Shown: positions 58,963-64,000 of the stretch, in pieces | Layout: each line of letters opens with the position of its first letter | How positions within the stretch are numbered: the stretch's first letter is position 1 | DNA from: Pseudomonadota bacterium | Lineage (GTDB): Bacteria; Bdellovibrionota; Bdellovibrionia; Bdellovibrionales; SG-bin7 | Direction of reading: 5' to 3' | Assembly (NCBI GenBank): GCA_034439715.1 | Contig: JAWXAY010000094.1 | Coordinates: 1-64,000, forward strand | DNA: 64,000 nucleotides | Position numbers and translations under genes: made by a program | The notes under the pieces: model-generated | The model's input: only the letters and a program-made list of their open reading frames with translations | The model's database searches: none | What the model was told of the DNA's origin: nothing

Positions 58963-58992
58963 AAACCCCGGGCCTAGCTCGGGGTTTTTTTT
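58963..58992. terminator. Intrinsic terminator after the microprotein gene (possibly bidirectional)
   Basis: AAACCCCGGGC-CTA-GCTCGGGGTTTTTTT. Confidence 0.85.
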
Positions 58993-59015
58993 ATTTTAGA
59001 AACAGAATTAGAAAA

Positions 59016-59073
59016 TTAGAAATAAAATGTCTTAGAAATAAGATGTCTTAGAAATAAGATGTCTTAGAAATAA
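59016..59073. repeat. 16-bp tandem repeat, about 3.6 copies
   Basis: TTAGAAATAA(A/G)ATGTC units at 59016, 59032, 59048 and partial at 59064. Confidence 0.9.
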
Positions 59074-59651
59074 TAAGAGATGCCAAGAGCGCCGGTAGTA
59101 GCCGTTTGAAAGTCGTCGACATCAACTAGAGCTTGCAGTTCCAAGTACATCGAAATTCCTGCCCAAGGACCAGAGAGCTGCACATATTGCAGGCCCAGTC
59201 CAGGATAAATAATATCCTCTGAAAATTGACCGCTTTCTTTTTCGCCGGAATTGAGAAATCGCTTACCGAGAATATTAGGTAGGGTAGTTTCAATGGCTTG
59301 GCTTTCCGCTCTCTTGTGAGTCCAGCGAACATAGCCGGCAGAAAAATAGGGAAGAAAACTTGTTCCCGAAACAAATCTTTTTATCGCAAAGCCAAAGGAC
59401 TGGAAGGGGTCGCCAACTCCAAACAAGAGGCTGAGCGCAGCTTGGTCAGTCAAATTAAGATCTAAATTAATGCCAGCAATGCCAGCAGCGCCCCCAAAGC
59501 TTGAGCCAATGGCCACGCGGCGTTTTTGCCGAAACTCGGTTCCATCAAGGGCTGCCTTTGACGAAAGCCTATCGACGTTAGCCATCCTTTGGCGCGCTGA
59601 CCAACTATCAAGAGGCGCTAACAAAATAATAAGGATCGCAAACCTTTTCAT
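59064..59651 (-). CDS. Small outer-membrane beta-barrel protein
   Basis: Signal peptide, PYFSAGY, terminal LGISYYF. Confidence 0.75.
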   Translation of the reverse strand: MKRFAILIILLAPLDSWSARQRMANVDRLSSKAALDGTEFRQKRRVAIGSSFGGAAGIAGINLDLNLTDQAALSLLFGVGDPFQSFGFAIKRFVSGTSFLPYFSAGYVRWTHKRAESQAIETTLPNILGKRFLNSGEKESGQFSEDIIYPGLGLQYVQLSGPWAGISMYLELQALVDVDDFQTATTGALGISYYF

Positions 59652-59659
59652 TAAATCTC

Positions 59660-60436
59660 CTAGAACAATTTAGCCTTGATTCCATCTTCCTGAAAAAATT
59701 TCTTGAGGGCCTTGGCATCTAGACCTTCTAAACGCCAAAGTAGCCGCTGAATAAGCTCAAAAGTCTTTTCAGATTTGGGATCTCGTAGGTTTTTAGAAAA
59801 ATAGGCCATGTCTTCAGTTAGCTGAATCACGTTTTCTATTAATTTTTGCGTATCTTTGTGACTGGACATTTTGTCGACCCGAGTGAGGAGACTATTGAGG
59901 TTCGAGACAAGCTTATCGGCCATTTTTAGCGTATCAGTAATCGAACCCTCATTTTTTTCAACCATGTCGAGAATTTTACCGGCTAAGCCGTAACTTTGGG
60001 AAATAAGTTGATCGATCCTCGGCGGGTCCTCGCCTCTAACAAGTGCGCCTGGCCTCAGTTTTGGGGCTGAATTACTGCCGGGTGTGATTTCTATAAATTT
60101 TTCGCCGATAACGCCAGCTAAATTAATAAAAAACTTGCTATCATTACGTAATGTATTCCAAGCTTTTTTTTCGATTCCTATTTTAATACGCAGCTTTACT
60201 TCTTCACCGCCGCCAGTCTCCATATAAGGATCAAAGGTAATAGACTTTACCTTTCCGACTTTAATTCCCATGACCCGGACCGGAGAGCCTATCTCAATTC
60301 CGCCGGCAAAATTATAAGCTAAATCTAAGTCGTAGGTATGAACAAATGGATTTATAGCTCCCAAAAAATAAGCGAAGGCAATAACTAAACAGATCATTGA
60401 GATAAAAAGTAAACCAACCTTGGTTTCAGGCTTCAT
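59660..60436 (-). CDS. mlaD: MlaD/MCE-domain protein
   Basis: ETKVGLLF, AGGIEIGSPVRVMGIKVGKV, GVIGEKFIEITPG. Confidence 0.93.
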   Translation of the reverse strand: MKPETKVGLLFISMICLVIAFAYFLGAINPFVHTYDLDLAYNFAGGIEIGSPVRVMGIKVGKVKSITFDPYMETGGGEEVKLRIKIGIEKKAWNTLRNDSKFFINLAGVIGEKFIEITPGSNSAPKLRPGALVRGEDPPRIDQLISQSYGLAGKILDMVEKNEGSITDTLKMADKLVSNLNSLLTRVDKMSSHKDTQKLIENVIQLTEDMAYFSKNLRDPKSEKTFELIQRLLWRLEGLDAKALKKFFQEDGIKAKLF

Positions 60437-60522
60437 CAAATTATAGTAGCAATTAATTTTTAGAATGACAGCACCAAATCCATTTAGGCGTGCTCACATT
60501 TTTGGCAAACTCAATGAGAGAT

Positions 60523-61296
60523 TTAATAAAAGAAGGAGAAAATATAAGACAAGACAAAATCAATCATCAATATAGCCACAGAAGTTGCAACCACGCTGTT
60601 AGTAGTAGCCAGTCCCACACCCTCGGCGCCTTCGGTACATTTAAATCCGTAGTAACAACTAAAAAGTGGAATGACAGCACCAAAAGACAGGCCCTTGATG
60701 CCAGCGAACACGAGATCTTTGAAACCTACGAAGGCGCTAACTGCCGCCATAAAGCTGCCGGGTGTATGTCCCAGTTTTAGTGTGCTAACGAGCATGGCGC
60801 TGTAAAGGCAAACAACATTGGCGATTATACTGAGTGTGAGTCCGCCAATAGCACAGGCGATAAATCGGGGAACCACAAGATATCGTATGGGATTCATTCC
60901 CAACATCTGGTACGCCTCAATCTGCTCTGTTATTTTCATCGAAGCCACTTCGGCCGCCATTCCGGCTCCAACTCGCGAGGTCAATAAGAGACAAGTGACC
61001 ACGGCGCCGAGCTCTCGCAATATCAGTAAGGCTGCAAAGCCCGGAACCATTGAGTCATTTTGGATTACAATTTTCATGTGATAAGAGGCTTCGATGATTG
61101 TTACGGCCGCCGCAAAACACACGCAAAAAATAATGATGAATAGGCTTTGATTGGCCACAAAATAGATTTGCCTTAAAGTATCTTTGAACCGAAATGGCGG
61201 TATGATGACGTTACCAAGTGTTTTGGTAGTGAGATCAACAAATCCCCCAAGAAACTCCAGACTAAATAGTACTTTTACGCCAAGAGCAGTAATCAT
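60523..61296 (-). CDS. mlaE: MlaE-family permease
   Basis: RELGAVVT, MKITEQIEA, GAEGVGLATTNSVV. Confidence 0.93.
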   Translation of the reverse strand: MITALGVKVLFSLEFLGGFVDLTTKTLGNVIIPPFRFKDTLRQIYFVANQSLFIIIFCVCFAAAVTIIEASYHMKIVIQNDSMVPGFAALLILRELGAVVTCLLLTSRVGAGMAAEVASMKITEQIEAYQMLGMNPIRYLVVPRFIACAIGGLTLSIIANVVCLYSAMLVSTLKLGHTPGSFMAAVSAFVGFKDLVFAGIKGLSFGAVIPLFSCYYGFKCTEGAEGVGLATTNSVVATSVAILMIDFVLSYIFSFFY

Positions 61297-62070
61297 CTAA
61301 ACTCCTAAGAAAAGCATTAGGATGGTGTCCCCAATTAAACTTGTCAGCCAGTCGGCAACTACAATCCCTACCATCGTAACAACCGCAGTGCTAACGACGG
61401 CTCGCCCGACTCCTCGAGCGCCTCCCGTCGTATTGTAACCCTTGTAGGTGCACACCGAAGCCAAAACAATTGCGAAAACTAAACATTTAAAAAGACCTAG
61501 TGCTAGTGAGGCAGGAGTCACTATAGTGGGAACGTGTCTTAAGTATTCTTCGGGGTTTATTCCTGAAAAAAACATTCCTAATAACAGTCCACCGAAAATA
61601 GACATTAAGAGTCCCACTGCCAGTAAAAAGAAACTAGAAACAATAATACCGATAAAGCGTGGAAGAATAATTTCGGTAAACGGATTTGCACCCAAGCAGC
61701 GGATGGCATCGATCTGCTCTGTAACCTTCATTGTGCCGAGTTCAGCCGAGGTAAAAGCACCCACTTTTCCGCTAAGCATAAAGGCGATGAGTAGGGGACC
61801 GACTTCTCTCACTGTCGCACTTGTTGAAAGCCCGCCGAGGTAGCCCAAGGCCCCAAACTGACTAATCTGCATAGTAAACTGAATGGTCATGATGGCTCCC
61901 ACAAAAAATCCGGCAAGAGCAGTTGTTGGTAAGCTTTGAACTGTTACGTACCAAATTTGAGAGTTTATTTCTGAGTAAGTACATGGTTGGCGAACGGCAG
62001 TGTGAAATATTTGCCTAACAAATAGTAGGCATCTCCCAATGTCATCGATGATATCGTACAAAGCCTTCAT
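61297..62070 (-). CDS. mlaE: MlaE-family permease (second paralogue)
   Basis: REVGPLL, ELGTMKVTEQIDA, GGARGVGRA. Confidence 0.93.
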   Translation of the reverse strand: MKALYDIIDDIGRCLLFVRQIFHTAVRQPCTYSEINSQIWYVTVQSLPTTALAGFFVGAIMTIQFTMQISQFGALGYLGGLSTSATVREVGPLLIAFMLSGKVGAFTSAELGTMKVTEQIDAIRCLGANPFTEIILPRFIGIIVSSFFLLAVGLLMSIFGGLLLGMFFSGINPEEYLRHVPTIVTPASLALGLFKCLVFAIVLASVCTYKGYNTTGGARGVGRAVVSTAVVTMVGIVVADWLTSLIGDTILMLFLGV

Positions 62071-62798
62071 TGCTCCAGCGCCTCTTTTAAAAAATCCCTA
62101 ACTAAAGGCACTTGGCTCTTTTTGAGTTCACTGGGAGTCCCCATTTCTATAATATTGCCTTCAGACAAGACGATAATGCGGTCAGCGATGTCTAGCGCGC
62201 AGTTCATGTCATGGCTAACGACAACCGATGTCGTTTTTAACGTACGCGACAAATCAAAAATCAACTGGTTTATTGATTTTGTGGTGATGGGGTCAAGGCC
62301 GGTGGTGGGCTCATCAAATAACAGTATTTTTGGTTCAATCGCTATTGTGCGGGCTAAACTCACGCGTTTTTGCATTCCGTAAGACAGGTTACGTGGAAAT
62401 TTGGCTTCGACATCTTCTAAATGAACAAGACTGAGACATTTCAAGACTCTTTCGCGCAGGTGCTCTTCGCTCATTCGATAATGTTTGCGTAGTCCAAAAG
62501 CCACATTTTCGAAGATCGTGCGAGAATCAAACAATGCGGCATGCTGAAAGACCATGCCACATTTTTTTCTGACCGAAAAATACTCTTCTTCGGTGAGCTT
62601 TGATACCTCTTGACCATCAATCCAGATTTCGCCACCATCCGGCCGTAATAGTCCTACTATATTCTTTAGCAGAACGGACTTACCAGTACCTGAAGTTCCT
62701 AATATAAAAATAATTTCACCCTCGGCGATGTCAAATGAGAGATCTTTTAGAATTGTACGAGCGCCAAATTTTTTGGTTAAGTTTTTGAATTTAATCAT
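62067..62798 (-). CDS. mlaF: MlaF/Mkl-like ABC ATPase
   Basis: GTSGTGKS, LSYGMQKR, FDEPTTGLDP, VSHD. Confidence 0.92.
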   Translation of the reverse strand: MIKFKNLTKKFGARTILKDLSFDIAEGEIIFILGTSGTGKSVLLKNIVGLLRPDGGEIWIDGQEVSKLTEEEYFSVRKKCGMVFQHAALFDSRTIFENVAFGLRKHYRMSEEHLRERVLKCLSLVHLEDVEAKFPRNLSYGMQKRVSLARTIAIEPKILLFDEPTTGLDPITTKSINQLIFDLSRTLKTTSVVVSHDMNCALDIADRIIVLSEGNIIEMGTPSELKKSQVPLVRDFLKEALEQ

Positions 62799-63558
62799 TG
62801 GCGTCTCTAATGGGAGGACGCTTGATTTCACCACGAATAAATTGTTGGACGCGGGGATCTGAGTGGAATTTGGTTTCTTGTGGGGTGCCCGTTAAAATTA
62901 CCTCGCCATCGATAATCATGGCTATTTTATCGGCCATTTGATAGGCGCGGTTCATGTCGTTTGTAATTGCGACAACCGTTGATCCATAGGTTTTTTTTAA
63001 TTCCAATATCAGCTGAATAATTTGGCGACTGGTTATTGGATCAAGTCCTGCCGTGGGATCATCATAAAAAACAATCTTAGGTTCTAGCGCCAATGCTCGG
63101 GCAATGCCTAATCTCTTTTGCATGCCGCCGCTTATTTCGTCCGGAAATAAATCTTTAGCGTCAAGAATTCCTACACTAGAAAGAAAGCGTGAACAGATCT
63201 CAAGAATTTCAACCTCTGATTTTGTTGTTGTTTCTCGTAGGGGAAAGGCAATATTGTCAGTGACGCAGAGAGAGTCAAATAGGGCGTTTTTTTGAAACAA
63301 AACTCCCATCTTGCACAGGAGCCTCTGCTTTTTAGATTCAGTAATATTTAAAAAGTCATGTCCTTCAACGGACACATCTCCCTGAGAGGGGCGAATAAGT
63401 CCACACATGATTTTTAAAAGCACCGTTTTACCGTGCCCACTGGGACCAATAAGAACCAAAGTTTCACCTTTGCCGACAGCAATGTTTACTTTAGTAAACA
63501 AGGTGTGGTTATCAAAAATCATACGTACATTCTGAAGTTCAATTGTTGGTGACGTCAT
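62791..63558 (-). CDS. mlaF: MlaF/Mkl-like ABC ATPase (second paralogue, degenerate catalytic motifs)
   Basis: GPSGHGKT, ISGGMQKR, FYDDPTAGLDP, ITND. Confidence 0.9.
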   Translation of the reverse strand: MTSPTIELQNVRMIFDNHTLFTKVNIAVGKGETLVLIGPSGHGKTVLLKIMCGLIRPSQGDVSVEGHDFLNITESKKQRLLCKMGVLFQKNALFDSLCVTDNIAFPLRETTTKSEVEILEICSRFLSSVGILDAKDLFPDEISGGMQKRLGIARALALEPKIVFYDDPTAGLDPITSRQIIQLILELKKTYGSTVVAITNDMNRAYQMADKIAMIIDGEVILTGTPQETKFHSDPRVQQFIRGEIKRPPIRDAND

Positions 63559-63833
63559 ATTTACTCTGTTAGATATGTTATGGTGTAAAATTGACACGTG
63601 TCTACAAAAGAATTAAGGCTAGTGACGCATTGGAACTGCACGGGGCGATTTGGGCGAGTTTTTTACTTTGAAAACGATGCCTTTTGCCTCGGAAGATTTG
63701 TCAATGACACTGTATTCACGGTCGACTATTTCTGCAAAAATTTTTTAAAACAACGCCATTTTGTTAGATGACCTGAAGTTAGAAATATCGATATGGACTT
63801 GTAAATTCCATTGGCTTTTATTAGATACCAGGC

Positions 63834-64000
63834 ATGTACCTCTCTAATTTAAAAGTCATTGACCCACCTTTTTCTATTAAGCAAAACGAGGCGCTTCGTT
63901 GGATCGCAAAGGCTCATGCCTTAAGTGATCCTCATAGAGATTTTTTGCGTCTAGTGGAGCGCTATGGCTGCAGCGCGGAGCAAATCAATCAACGGTTTCA
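63834..64000 (+). CDS. Partial CDS, possibly the N-terminus of a type III PKS/thiolase-fold enzyme
   Basis: Open to window end: MYLSNLKVIDPPFSIKQNEALRWIAKAH...RYGCSAEQINQRF. Confidence 0.4.
   Translation, partial: MYLSNLKVIDPPFSIKQNEALRWIAKAHALSDPHRDFLRLVERYGCSAEQINQRF

Noticed and set aside
59016..59073. CRISPR array
   Set aside because: Head-to-tail 16-mers with no spacers and no cas genes; no CRISPR array seen anywhere in the window.

Overview
AT-rich bacterial chromosome segment. Gene content and order (dnaX-ybaB-recR-mglA with no mglB; a Tad/Flp pilus operon ending in an RHS/YD protein and a small secreted hit-like gene; cheY-like gene, groESL; two TIGR02147-like genes) point to a predatory Bdellovibrionota member. 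This is inferred from motifs and recalled synteny; no searches were run. RNA genes: tmRNA (252-608, -), SRP RNA (about 6833-6929, +), tRNA-Phe(GAA) (50620-50695, -). No CRISPR array or intact transposase was seen. Most interesting items: (1) a translationally coupled 7-gene operon (29232-39110) directly behind the hit-like gene, encoding a secreted Cys-His-Asp glutaminase-like protein, a PaaK-like ligase, a HATPase-GNAT fusion, LuxE, a LuxC-adenylation fusion, an MFS exporter and a GNAT, but no luciferase; (2) an unannotated structured sRNA candidate with a sigma54-type promoter at about 3185-3310; (3) an unannotated 28-aa Lys-rich microprotein with its own promoter, RBS and terminator (58853-58939); (4) an orphan PduT-like microcompartment shell protein divergent from the flp pilin gene.
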